Origin: Eledone cirrhosa
Taxonomy: Eukaryota
NCBI GenBank assembly: GCA_964016885.1
Contig: OZ024759.1
Location: forward strand, 29,450,001-29,514,000
Direction: 5' to 3'
DNA: 64,000 nucleotides
The translations under genes and the position numbers were made by a program. The notes beneath the pieces were generated by a model that saw only the letters and a list, made by a program, of their open reading frames with translations, was not told the origin of the DNA and did no database searches. Positions 41,136 through 54,057 of this stretch are shown piece by piece (within the stretch, counting starts at the first letter, position 1; each line of letters starts with the position of its first letter).

Positions 41136-41236
41136 GTAGTTCCACAACAGTTAGTTCACCATACCGAGATGAACTAACTGTTGTGGAACTACTTCTACCA
41201 AACTCGTCCCATGGACTGAACCAGTGTTCTACCTAT

Positions 41237-41275
<39 letters not shown>

Positions 41276-41761
41276 CTTAAGGAGGGTCATATTGTTATAA
41301 TATTGCCAGAAATAATAACAACACACTCACTGTTTGGTTGGTTTACGCTTCTGTATATATTATATCTCCATAGTTAATTTATTTGGCAATCAATGTTTAT
41401 CATTGATTGACCAGCAGTTAAAAATACAGATATAAATATATATATATAGTCTATCAAAGTTCTTTCGTTGCACATCTGCAACATCATCAGTGGTACTATT
41501 ATGTTTCCCCCTATTGCATTGTATTGTGCTGTAATGTCTACACCATTTTAATTTTAATTTTGAAAATAAAATAAAAATGGTGTAAACATTACAGTACATA
41601 TATATAAAAAAACAACAACAAATTTCTACAAATTTCATATTTGATGACCCAATATATCATCATCATCACATATATATATTATATATATATATAATATATA
41701 TATATATATATACAGTTAAAAATTGTGAATAAATATCATCCGCAGCCTGTATATATATATA

Positions 41762-42648
41762 CAGGGTGCGGACGATATTTGTTCGCAATTTTCAACTGCT
41801 AATTTTAGGCAAATTTTTTTTACTTCCGTTGTCACTCTTGTCTTCATAAAAACAGTGACTATATTTCCATTATTTATTTTCAGAATAATTGATTATGAAT
41901 AATTTTGAACCTCCAAATTTGTGGAAGAGACACAGAGTTCTTCTAGGAATCCGCGCCGGGAGGACAAATAAGACCAGAAGATCAACTCCCAGAACAACAG
42001 GTGGCTCGCTGTCTCATCCAAAGACGTGCCCAGAGTCATGCAGACAAAGTTTCCAGCGACAACATTGGTCTTAGGTGTCGTCTGCAGTCAAGGTGACGTC
42101 ATGCCACCTCACTTCTTCCCTGAGGGCCTCAAGCTGAACACCGATGGCTACATCTGCGTTCTCAGCGAGGTAGTAAAGCCCTGGATCGACCAGGTAGCTG
42201 CAGGTAGGCTGTACTTGTGGCAGCAAGACTCAGCGCCCTGCCATACCAGCCGAAAGACCCAAGCCTGGCTTGAGAACTTCGTCGACCACACTTCACCTGA
42301 CATCTGGCCTCCCAGCTCGCCTGACTGCAACCCCTCTCGACTTCTTTGTGTGGGGCACAGTGGAACGAGACGCCAACAGATCTAGCTGCAATACGAAATA
42401 TGATCTGAAGGCTAGGATCACAAGTGCCTTTAGGGGCCAAAGTCAGGGGACAGTGATGAAGGCCTGCAGCCGGTTCCGAGGCCGCCTTGAGGCCGTCATC
42501 AAAGCCAATGGCGGGTTTATCGAGTGAGATCGAAAGAACAAGTCATGAAGACAAACTGACCCAAGTTTGATAAATAAATCTTAAAAAATAAAACTACTGT
42601 GTTATTTTTTCCTAGACAGTAATCTTGCGAACAAATATCGTCCGCACC

Positions 42649-42651
<3 letters not shown>
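41762..42651 (+). mobile_element. Internally deleted Tc1/mariner element (DD37D/maT-like)
   Basis: 27-bp perfect TIR cagggtgcggacgatatttgttcgcaa with TA flanks; transposase C-terminus WQQDSAPCH..WPPSSPDCNP/LDFFVWG..RLEAVIKANGGFIE with a frameshift. Confidence 0.9.
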
Positions 42652-42683
<32 letters not shown>

Positions 42684-42835
42684 CAAGGTTTAGCAATATA
42701 TATTATATATATATAATCAAGGTTTAGCAAATAAGAAAAAGTTTCAAAATAAATAAAAAAAAATTAACTTTACCTACTATGGTTACCTTTACCGAATCGG
42801 TTTCGCGCGCCTTGTGCGTGTAGGAACATATACTT

Positions 42836-42898
<63 letters not shown>

Positions 42899-43045
42899 TA
42901 ACAGATTAAAGTTTAAGCAAAGAATCGCTGCTTTCACCCTCAACGGGATCTTCTGAAATTTGCTCTACGGTTCTTATATATTTGATATATATTTATCCTT
43001 ATCGAGCCCTCTTTGGATTTTAGTCTTCAAATTTATTATTATTAT

Positions 43046-43076
<31 letters not shown>

Positions 43077-43377
43077 CTGTATATATAATAAAAAAAAGGT
43101 TAAAGGAATTTCAATTTCCTCTTTTGTTTATTCTGACCATCTGAATTATTTATGTGTTGCTATATCACAGTTCCTATACCGGATGCAGGAAATTCTCATT
43201 TCCGGTTCTGCACCATATTTCTTTACCTTACGGCATCTTATGTGGTAGAAAAGTATTATAAAAAGAAGCACATCAAATTTGTGTCTGACGTTTAGTTTAC
43301 GGAATCAGTAGTAATGCAAATTTGTATGTATATTTGTATATACGAAGGATGTTTGTATATAGGGATAGATAGGTAGG

Positions 43378-43417
<40 letters not shown>

Positions 43418-43961
43418 TATGTTGGTGCCGCGCCATCGAGGCCGAAACAAATGAGATCGTGTAGGTGTCACGACAAAAAAACACACAGTCCACGCTGTAA
43501 TGTGGCCGTGTAGGCAACACGGTAAAAACCTCCCAGACCCACACTGTAAATGTGGTTGGTGTTAGGAAGGGCATCCAACTGTAGAAAACCTGCCAGACAG
43601 TACTATGCGAGCAAGACAATCACTCTTGCCTCAAGTGGGACTACCCCCGTCCAAACCCATGCAAGCGTGGAACACGGACGTTAAACGTTGATGATGATGA
43701 TGATGATGATATATATATATATATATAAGATCAAAAGATGGTTAAAAGAGTTCCATGTATTTTATTATGCGCATTTCAAAAACAAATATCATCATGCAAT
43801 AACATTTGCGTTTTCGTCAGATAAAATAGGGAGACATGATATGAAGGTTAAAACACACTTGTGAATAGTGCAGTTTTAAATCAACATACAATAGAGTGCT
43901 GTAGAGTGCTACTTATCCGATATCTGCATTGCTTTATTGCACTACAATAAAACTCACCTCC

Positions 43962-44000
<39 letters not shown>

Positions 44001-44141
44001 TTTGAGTATATGTTGGTTGTACACCAATACCCCAGTATGCAGATTGGAGCACTCGACGAAGTGCGCAGGTTGGTTTGGTTACTCCGGAGTAATGTAAAAT
44101 AAAATAATAAGTCAAATGTTTAAAATTTGGCTTCGTTTATT

Positions 44142-44194
44142 ACTGCTATATATATTTCGGTGACAGCCATCTGGTTGTGACCTCTTCAGGCAGT
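44142..44194 (-). ncRNA. Minimal type-I hammerhead ribozyme motif
   Basis: ACUGC CUGAAGA GGUCACAACC AGAU GGCUGUCACC GAAA UAUAUA UA GCAGU: 5-bp stem I and palindromic loop III. It lies in a ~320-bp unit (43998-44318) bounded by (TA)n on both sides. Confidence 0.75.
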
Positions 44195-44312
44195 CCGAAT
44201 TAGTGTGGTATAGACGAGTACACATGTTGTTGAGGTGTTTAACTTTGTCAATACTCTGATATGCCCAGTTCCTGGTTGGGTTGTTATTTCACTGAGGAAC
44301 TGGAATCATATT

Positions 44313-44357
<45 letters not shown>

Positions 44358-44412
44358 GATAGATAGAGAGGTAGATAGATAAATAGATAGGCATATATAT
44401 ATATATATATAT

Positions 44413-44718
44413 AGTATAAAAGAGAAAACACAGGTAAGCATTAAGAGAAGGATTTTATCCAGGTATTTACGACCATTTCATTGGTAAGTGCAACCTTATA
44501 TTGCTATACTGCAAATAGCAGCCACTCAATTATAATTGTTGTTCACAGTCCAAATTTTTGAAAATATTTTGAAAAATTTGGACTGTGAACAACAATTATA
44601 ACTGAGTGGCTGCTATTTGCAGTATAGCAATATAAGGTTGCACTTACCAATGAAACGGTCGTAAATACCTGGATAAAATCCTTCTCTTAATGCTTACCTG
44701 TATTTTCTCTTTTATACT
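44413..44718. repeat. 306-bp near-perfect palindrome between (TA)n tracts
   Basis: Axis at aaaatatttt (44561-44570); GAAACGGUC at 44652 on the right arm; an extra terminal hairpin at ~44713-44748. Confidence 0.92.
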
Positions 44719-44755
44719 TTATACTCCAAGATTGGAGTATAAAGTATATATATAT

Positions 44756-44805
<50 letters not shown>

Positions 44806-45780
44806 GCCAGGTTTGGATTTAAATAATTTGAACTTCATTGAGTGAATGAGTGAAACAGCCGAAGCTCTGCCATTTCTATTCAACTTGCTTTATCTCTTAA
44901 ATATAAATATATTTATATATATATAAATTTTAGTACAGCCTTAACGAAGCTTTAGAACACGGCCAAGCTAAGGAATGCAGAATCGGTCTGTAGCTTTAGC
45001 ACTCGGATGGGGAAAAGAACCCCAGAGTAATAACAATACGTTCAGACAGCTTAGCAAATCAGATATAGCGGTCGGCAGTCCAGCCGCATTACTAGAGCAA
45101 CGAAAATACAGGACCCAGGAAAATATTTTATACTGACCTGGACAGAGCGGTGATATATATAGGTAGATAAATGGGTGGATGGTCGGAAGGACTGCGTCGC
45201 AGTGAATCAAAACTGATGCCCTTATGATTGTGAGTGGAACGAACTAACCACTCCATATTAAATAAAATACATTTAAAAAAACTGACATGAAGAACGCTGA
45301 TGTCATTCAGTCAATAGTAAATGTAGAGCTTTTTGTCTCGACACGCACACAATTACACAGAAGAGAAACTGACACATCTGACTAGAAAATCTTTATTAAA
45401 CTTCTAGAATTAAATTAATTGTATTAATTATCACGGAGAACTCAATTGATATATCATGCAAGTTTAGTTAGATAATTAATTAGAAACATAATAGGGTAAT
45501 GAAACAATTTCAAGTCTAACAAATTGTAAAATTAATTTCATTTAATTAGTAAATCAGTCTTCATACAAACATATATACATATGTATATAGATATATACAT
45601 ATGTATATAGATATATACATATGTATGTACATACATATATACATATGATTATACATACATACATACATATATCCATACATACATATATACATATGTATAT
45701 ATATATATATACACATACATATATATATATATACACACACACATATATATATATATACACACACACATATATATATATAT

Positions 45781-45825
<45 letters not shown>

Positions 45826-45827
45826 TA

Positions 45828-45859
<32 letters not shown>

Positions 45860-45936
45860 CACACACACACACACACACATATATATATGCACACACACAC
45901 ACACATATATATATACACACACACATACACATATAT

Positions 45937-45973
<37 letters not shown>

Positions 45974-46329
45974 CATATATATATACACACACACACACAC
46001 ACATATATATACATACACACACACATATAAATATATATATATACTATAACAAAATTGATGCCATGGTTAGATTTATTGGTAAGTTAGAGAATAATTTGCA
46101 ACAGATTAAACCAAGTTACCAACAGTGACTTTTACTTAAAAGACTGACCTAAATACCAATGGGAACCACAGAGAGGCTGCAGGAGTGCATTATGGCAGAA
46201 GTATACCAGATGATGGTAGTGTACTTATCTTAGTATGTCTACTGTGTAGTGTGTAGGGTGTAGTGTGTAGGGTGTTATGTGTTGTGTGTTGGTACATAAG
46301 CATATCAGTGTGTGTGGGTAAATATATAT

Positions 46330-46736
46330 ATATGTCAGTGTGTATGTGTGTATGTAGATATATATGTATGTCAGTGTGTGTGTGTATATGTATGTGTATA
46401 TATATGTATGTATATATGTGTGCGTATGTCTGTGGTGCGTGCGTAGTGTAGCCTGTAGATATATATGTATGTCAGTGTGTGTGTGTTTATGTATGTGTAT
46501 ATATATGTATGTATATATGTGTGCGTATGTCTGTGGTGCGTGCGTAGTGTAGCCTGTAAATATATATGTATGTCAGTGTGTGTGTGTATATGTATGTGTA
46601 TATATATGTATGTATATATGTGTGCGTATGTCTGTGGTGCGTGCGTAGTGTAGCCTGTAAATATATATGTATGTCAGTGTGTGTGTGTATATGTATGTGT
46701 ATATATATGTATGTATATATGTGTGCGTATGTCTGT
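46330..46736. repeat. 101-bp tandem repeat, ~4 copies
   Basis: gtctgtggtgcgtgcgtagtgtagcctgta recurs every 101 bp (ORF starts at 46364, 46465, 46566). Confidence 0.85.
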
Positions 46737-46975
46737 GAATATATATGTATGTATATATGTGTGTGTATGTCTGTGTATATATATATGTATATATGTGTGC
46801 GTGTATGTCTGCATATATATGTATGTATATATGTGTGGGTGTGTGTCTGTGTATGTATATATATATATGTATGTATATATGTGTGTGTATGTCTGTGTAT
46901 ATATATGTATGTATATATATGTGTGTGTATGTCTGTATATATATGTATGTATATATGTGTGTGTGTGTCTGTGTA

Positions 46976-47895
46976 TCATCATCATCATCAACGTTTAACG
47001 TCCGTGTTCCACGCTTGCATGGGTTTGGACGGGGGTAGTCCCACTTGAGGCAAGAGTGATTGTCTTGCTCGCATAGGACTGTCTGGCAGGTTTTCTACAG
47101 TTGGATGCCCTTCCTAACACCAACCACATTTACAGTGTGGGTCTGGGAGGTTTTTACCGTGTTGCCTACACGGCCACATTACAGCGTGGACTGTGTGTTT
47201 TTTTGTCGTGACACCTACACGATCTCATTTGTTTCGGCCTCGATGGCGCGGCACCAACATAACTTTACATAGAACGGGGTGGTGTGGATCGGGTGGGGGT
47301 GGTGGGACGGGGTGTATTTTGTTAGAGATGCCTACTGGCTGGAGTAGGTTTTACTATATATTTAGGTAAGGCGGGTCTTCTCTGTTACTGAGTACCGCCA
47401 AAGGTCTCGGTCCAGTGACATTGTCTTGGAGAGGTGTAAGTGTGTGATGTCGGAGTTTATCAGCTCGTCCCAGGTTTTTCTAGGTCTGCCTATTCCGTGA
47501 CTACCGTCTATCTTTATTGCCCTGCACTTTGTTATACAGCTATCGACTTTCATGCGCATCACGTGTCCATACCAACGTAGCCTTCTCTCGAGTAAACAAC
47601 ATCTGATCCCTCTTATCTCTAATTTATTCCTTAGTTCGTTTATGCTTTGCCGTTCACGTATATTACTGTTACACATCCAGCGGAGCATGCAAGCTTCGTT
47701 CCTCTCTAGTCTGCGTATATCCTCTGCACACAATGCCCAGGTCTCACTGCCATGCAGCATTGCTGTTCGTATGCAGGCATCGTACAACCTGCCTTTCATT
47801 TTTAGTGAGAACCCTTTAGCAGCTAATAGTGGTATAAGCTCTCTGAACTTTTTCCAACCAGTTCTGACTCTAGCTACAGTACTTTCAGAGCACAT
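46976..47895 (-). mobile_element. RTE LINE 3' fragment with complete 3'UTR
   Basis: [42 protein letters not shown]..stop at 47362, then 3'UTR and (GAT)n. Confidence 0.9.
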
Positions 47896-47928
47896 GTATA
47901 TATATGTATGTATATATGTGTGTGTGTC

Positions 47929-47961
<33 letters not shown>

Positions 47962-48781
47962 GTGTGTATGTCTGTGTATGTATATATATGTATGTGTGTG
48001 TATGTCTGTATATATATGTATGTATATATGTGTGTGTGTATGTCTGTGCATATATATGTATGTATATATGTGTGTGTGTATGTCTGTGTATATATGTGTA
48101 TGTATATATGTGTGTGTATGTCTGTGTATATATATGTATGTATATATGTGTGTGTATATGTGTATGTCTGTGTATATATATGTATGTATATATCTCTGTG
48201 TATATATATGTATGTATATATGTGTGTGTATATATATGTATATATATGTATGTATATATGTGTGTGTATGTCTGTGTATATATGTGTATGTATATATGTG
48301 TGTGTATGTCTGTTTATATATATGTGTATGTATATATGTGTGTGTATGTCTGTGTATATGTATGTATATATGTGTGTGTGTATGTCTGTGTAGGGCAGAT
48401 CTGTTCCGATTGTGTTGGTAGAATTAACACAGTAATATTTACCCAGTAGGGAGGATAGGTGGCCTATGTCTATTTATTTATTTATTGATTGACCAATAAG
48501 ATCCCCTGACCTTTATCACTTACCAAATGGAGTGGAACTTGTCAAATCTGACCAAGGAAACAATATTTTTACTGGTCTCCCCCTCAGCCGCTGAGGCATA
48601 ACTAGGGAAAATAGCGCCTATGGCAAGCAGTGAAATTGCTATATATATATTATTTATGCTTTGCAGCACAGCTACGTCCCTTTACGGACTGAGTTCAAAT
48701 CCCGCCGAGGTTAACTTTGCTTTTCATCCTTACGGGGTCGATAAAATAAAGCACCAGTAATACACTGGGATAATTGCTGGT

Positions 48782-48861
48782 CTTGTGCCAAAAGTGGAAA
48801 CAATTATTGTAAGAGACTATTTTGAGTTTCTAACTCAATATATACCTTTGATATATACCTT

Positions 48862-48937
<76 letters not shown>

Positions 48938-49017
48938 AAGGTATATATCAAAGGTATATATTGAGTTAGAAACTCAAAATAGTCTCTTACAATAATTGTT
49001 TCTACTTTTGACACAAG
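48782..49017. repeat. Palindrome centred on a (TA)n tract
   Basis: cttgtgccaaaagtggaaacaattattgtaagagactattttgagtttctaactcaata.. is mirrored on the other side of the (TA)n tract. Confidence 0.88.
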
Positions 49018-49304
49018 TACATTCAAAGTAAAGGATGTCATGAATGATACAAAATCAAACATATGTCTTGTCTCTAAAAACAGCTCAAGAATTCAGAGAA
49101 TAAAATCAAGCTTTAATCATTATAAGAAAGTAAATGAAATATATTTATACACACATAAGTATTTTTATTTTTTATTAAATTTAATAAGATACTCTACAAA
49201 TTGTGTAATCTTACATTCAGTACAGATTGTCTCTAGTTTTATGCTTTGTTATATTTTAATGCACGCTTATGTGTGTATGAATATATTTCATTCACTTTCT
49301 TATA

Positions 49305-49368
<64 letters not shown>

Positions 49369-49793
49369 TCATCATCATCATCATATATATATATATATAT
49401 ATATATAGACAGTTCAAGAGTAAACCGATCTTAAATAGAGAGATAGAGATAGGAGAGGAGAGATTGGTGAAGGTGTTAGAAGCCAAACACCTAAAGGCAT
49501 GTGCTCAATGTGCAATATGCAGTGGGAAGCAGCTAGAGAACTGGGTTCATGCAGAGATTAGGTGCACAGAGCTGGAAATATTCATTATTTAAGCAAATCA
49601 AGACCACAAAACTCACATAGAAGACATTAGTTAAAGAGTGTCAACATTAATTGCAGTTTAATGTAATGAATAATAATTGTTTCTACTTTTTGGCACAAGG
49701 CCAGCAATTACTCAGTGTATTACTGGTACTTTATTTTATCGACCCCGTAAGGATGAAAGACAAAGTTAACCTTGGCTGGATATAATAATGTCT

Positions 49794-49915
49794 GTTTACA
49801 ATTGTTTCACTACTCCATATAATGTTTCTGGATCAATCGATTATGAGATCGTTATTGATCTGGTTCAGAGAAAGATAAGTAACTTAAGTTATATTATGGA
49901 GCAGATCTTCAGAAC
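49794..49915 (-). ncRNA. Hammerhead ribozyme motif with long stem II
   Basis: GUU CUGAAGA U CUGCUCCAUA..UAUGGAGUAG U GAAAC AAUU GUA AAC; palindromic stem III ACAAUUGU. Confidence 0.72.
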
Positions 49916-50291
49916 TTCAGATGAGATAATGAAAATATTCATATAGATAAAATGGAAATGAAATAAAAAATATAAAATAAAATAAGAGGGTTACGTGTCC
50001 GTAAAGATTACTCAGATTGGCAGTTCATGAAAAGGGTCCTGGAGAGCTTAAGTGTATGCTATAAACAAGCATTACACATCTGTCGAGGCTATAGTAAACA
50101 AACCTGCCTATGCGTAACAAGATGGCTAAATATATATATATATATCATCATCATTTTACGGCCGCTTTTCCCTGCTTGCAGTGTCTGGTTGGCTCACCAT
50201 GCCTTGCTCATACAGGAACTGATTCTGGCTTGATTTCTACAGCTGGATGCCCTTCCTAACACCAACCTCATTTACAGTGAGTGTATGTATA

Positions 50292-50355
<64 letters not shown>

Positions 50356-50431
50356 ATGGTTGCAATAAATGCGTTCGCAGGCGGTATGCCGTTTCAGCAC
50401 TTGATGTGGATGAAATGCTTTGAAAGCGCTA

Positions 50432-50525
50432 AACATATCTGAGGATCTTGCGAATGCAGAGTCAATTTCGATCTGCAATAGATCCTGCCTTGAGCTGATC
50501 ATCGGAGAAACATATGTAATATGTT
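50432..50525 (+). ncRNA. Type-I hammerhead ribozyme motif, intact core
   Basis: AACAUAU CUGAGGA UCU..GGA GAAAC AUAU GUA AUAUGUU: 7-bp stem I, palindromic ACAUAUGU, predicted cut after 50518, then AAUAAA. Confidence 0.78.
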
Positions 50526-52314
50526 AATAAATTGTGTTTCGATGAATCACTGATTCCTCGTTATCTATAATATATATTTCCTTGAGCAAGACACTTTATT
50601 TCACATTGCTCCAGTTTACTCAGCTGTAGAAATGAGATGATAGGGACTGGGTTCCCTATCATTCCACTGCAAAGTGGTCGTAGAGGTGCCACGGCTCAAA
50701 AGCACCCAGCCCACACTGTAAAGTGGACGTGTATGCGCCACGGAAAAAAAGCACCCAGCACTCACTGTAAATGAGGTTGGTGTTAGGAAGGGCATCCAGC
50801 TGTAGAAATCAAGCCAGAATCAGTTCCCGTCCCACCTTTGCAAGCAGGGAAAAAGGGGACGTAAAATGATGATAAAATGATGATATATATGTATGTAACC
50901 GTCTCCAACTGATCTGCCCGGATCAGTTCAAATCCCGCCGAGGTTAACTTTGCCTTTTATCCTTACGGGGTCGATAAAATAAAGTACCAGTAATGCACTG
51001 GGATAATTGCTGGCCTTGTGCCAAAAGTAGAAATAATAATTATTATTGTTGATGTTGTTGTAGTATATGTTGTAATTGGAGTAGATTACAGCAAGATCTA
51101 TCTTCAGTCAATGTAACGGTGCCATTCCCAAGAAATTAATGCTGTCAGATAAACTGATGGAGAAAAGAAACACACAGGAATATAACGCAAGAGAAATATA
51201 TGTCCATGTTGTGGTAGTGGTAGTGGTGGCGGTGGTGGTATTGGTGGTATCGGTGGTGGTAGTGGTGATAGTGGTGATGGTAGTGGTGGTGGTGGTAGGG
51301 GTGGTGGTGGTAGTGGCTGTAATGGTAGTGGTAGTGGTGGTGTTACCGATGGTGTTGTTCGTGGTGGTAGTGGTAGTGATGATGGTGGTGGTGGTGGTAG
51401 TGGTGGTGGTGGTGGTAGTGCTGGTGGTGGTGGTGGTGGTGGTGATGACAAATCCTCTCTACACGTTCGTTATGAAACTTTCAACACTCACAACCAACAA
51501 GTAACAATTTCCTAACCTTAACCTTATACTCCCTTCTACCGCACCACCCTTTTGTTTTTTCCATTAGTTTTATGAAAAAATTTATTTGTTTAATTAAATT
51601 TTTGATTGCTACTTTATTAAAAAAATAATAATATAGTTCTAGCCAATGAGTTTATTAAAAAAGATGTTGATAATGGCTGACCAATATTTTTATTTTATTT
51701 CATTCTAAAATATTCATTAAAATGTTATTTATGAATATAAAATCACATTTTATATTACAAATGAAAGTTTATAGGGAAACTTGTCCAAGATAACTAGAAT
51801 TGCTCAAAGACAGTTACAATTTGTAGGGCATTGCTGGAGAAGTAAGCAGGAAGTTATACACAACTTACATTTTTTCCAATTCCAACCCGCCTGTCCCTTC
51901 AATCTATCTTATTTCTCATTCTTTCATCTGATGAAGGACTAATGTCCGAAACGTTAAGACCCTCTTCCTGCTATTTCAAGCATTAACCTAATATATTCCT
52001 TCCATATACTGTGCTGATTGTGTTGTTATTTCTGTTTACCTTTTACATACATACATATATATATATTTTTTTTCTCGATCGACTTTCGTCAAATCGGACC
52101 GAGTCACAACTCCAGGCAGAAGGAGCAACGTGAAATAAAATGTCTTGCTCAAGGACATAACACATTGCCCAGTCCAGGAATTGAACCGACAACCACACGA
52201 TTGTGAATCCAGTTCTCTAACCAATCAGCCATACACCTTCACATATATATGTATACACGCCACACACACACACACATATATATATATATCTATATATATA
52301 TCTCTATATATATA

Positions 52315-52368
<54 letters not shown>

Positions 52369-52373
52369 GAAGC

Positions 52374-52598
52374 TTGAAAGCTAGGACAATGTGAAATGGA
52401 TAAAGAATGAAAAAAGGTGTTGTGTGTTTTACCTTAATTTATTTATGTCCTGATATTCCCTGGATTAGTCTCTTTTATTTTTCACGGAAGAAGAGATTTG
52501 AATCTCAAAATATCAGGACATATAAATAAATTAAAGTAAAACATACAACACCTTGTTTCATTTTTTGTTTGTCCATTTCACATTGTCATGGCTTTCAA
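52374..52598. repeat. Inverted pLTR pair with a degenerate HHR in the spacer
   Basis: Arms of ~85 bp; spacer CGGAAGA AGAGAU UUGA AUCUC AAAA UA UC AGGA (52485-52518). Confidence 0.7.
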
Positions 52599-52763
52599 AT
52601 TTTATACACCATATACAATGCTTCAAGTAAACTACAAATTCCTATTATATATTTATAATATAATATAACATATTAGTCTCAATATAACATATTAGTCTCA
52701 AACTAAATTAGCGCATCAATACCGAAATAATACATTATATATATATATATACACTATATACTT

Positions 52764-53094
52764 GGAGGCACATGGCTTAGTGGTTAGAGCATTGGCCTTG
52801 CAATAGAAAGGTTGTGAGTTCAATTCTCAGACCGAGTGATGTGTTGTTTCCTTGAGCAAGACACTTTATTTTACATTGCTCCAGTTTACTCAGCTGTAGA
52901 AATGAGATGATAGGGACTGGGGTCTCTAACATTCCACTGCAAAGTGGTCGTGGAGGTGCCACGGCAAAAAAGCACCCAGCACTCACTGTAAATGAGGTTG
53001 GTGTTAGGAAGGGCATCCAGCTGTAGAAATCAAGCCAGAATCAGTTCCCGTCCCACCCTTGCAGGCAGGGAAAAGCGGACGTAAAATGATGATG
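52764..53094 (+). mobile_element. Full-length tRNA-derived SINE family B (also 55635-55950)
   Basis: A-box tggcttagtgg, B-box gagttcaattc, central ccttgagcaagacactt, and tail cccacccttgcaagc..gacgtaaaatgatg shared with the RTE end at 5205-5255. Confidence 0.85.
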
Positions 53095-53114
53095 TTGATA
53101 CTTCAGCTGGCATC

Positions 53115-53335
53115 AACATATTACAAATGAAGGTTTATATGGAAACTTGCCTAAGATAACTACAATTGCTCAAAGATGGTTATGATTTGTAGGGACCAAC
53201 TCACGGGAGATGCAGGAGAGGAAGACCTGCTCTAACCTTCATCGATCAACTCTTAGATGATACAAACCTGAGTAGGGAGCAGTTGCCAGGAGCAATGGAA
53301 ATTGTGAAATGTGGAGGGACTTTGTCAGGAATGTT
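53115..53335 (+). pseudogene. Old LINE C-terminal remnant (related piece 51760-51865)
   Basis: VYGNLPKIT..QR.L.FVG(HCWR)..PTHGRCRRGRPALTFIDQLLDDT. Confidence 0.5.
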
Positions 53336-53617
53336 TGACTGTGGTCACAATGATGATGATGATAAAATAACACAAGGTAGTGAATTGGCAGGTATTAGAA
53401 CGTCAGACAGAATGCTTTGTGGAGTTTATTATAGCTTTCTGAGTTCAAATCTTGGATCAGTCCAATACTGGGGTCAATTCCTTCTCTATATTTTTAAACC
53501 CCCCCCCCCCCCTCTATATATATATATATAGTTTAACTCAACTATACAAAGTATTGAGTTCTCTGCTGAATAATGGTCTTATTAGTTTAATACTAGCCAA
53601 AACTTATCAAAGATAAG

Positions 53618-53690
<73 letters not shown>

Positions 53691-53704
53691 TATATATGTG
53701 TGTG

Positions 53705-53737
<33 letters not shown>

Positions 53738-54057
53738 CCACATATATATATACATTCTATTAAGGTCATATTTGAAGGAATCATATATCATATACAGAAA
53801 TGTATGTTTATTTTGTGAAAGTTGAAAAATAATCCTGTGTTGATATATCTTATTTGAAACCAGTTTTAAATTATACACTTTTATACTTGATGATAGATAG
53901 AAACCGAGTCTTTCAAGGCCATAGGTCATATCTGCTTGTTACACCCAATAAAAGTGATTTATTTTAAAATTTAGCAGACATTCTCTGTCCTTCAAGAAAT
54001 GTTATGTATCTGCTGATAAGAATTATTAAATTTGAGTCTATAAGTCTATGTCTGCAT

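Noticed and set aside
44960-45250. Possible downstream exon of the host gene
   Set aside because: Stops in the frames examined and no convincing acceptor/donor pair.
52764-52835. tRNA gene
   Set aside because: The tRNA-like head runs into a SINE body and RTE tail and is multi-copy; no clean cloverleaf.
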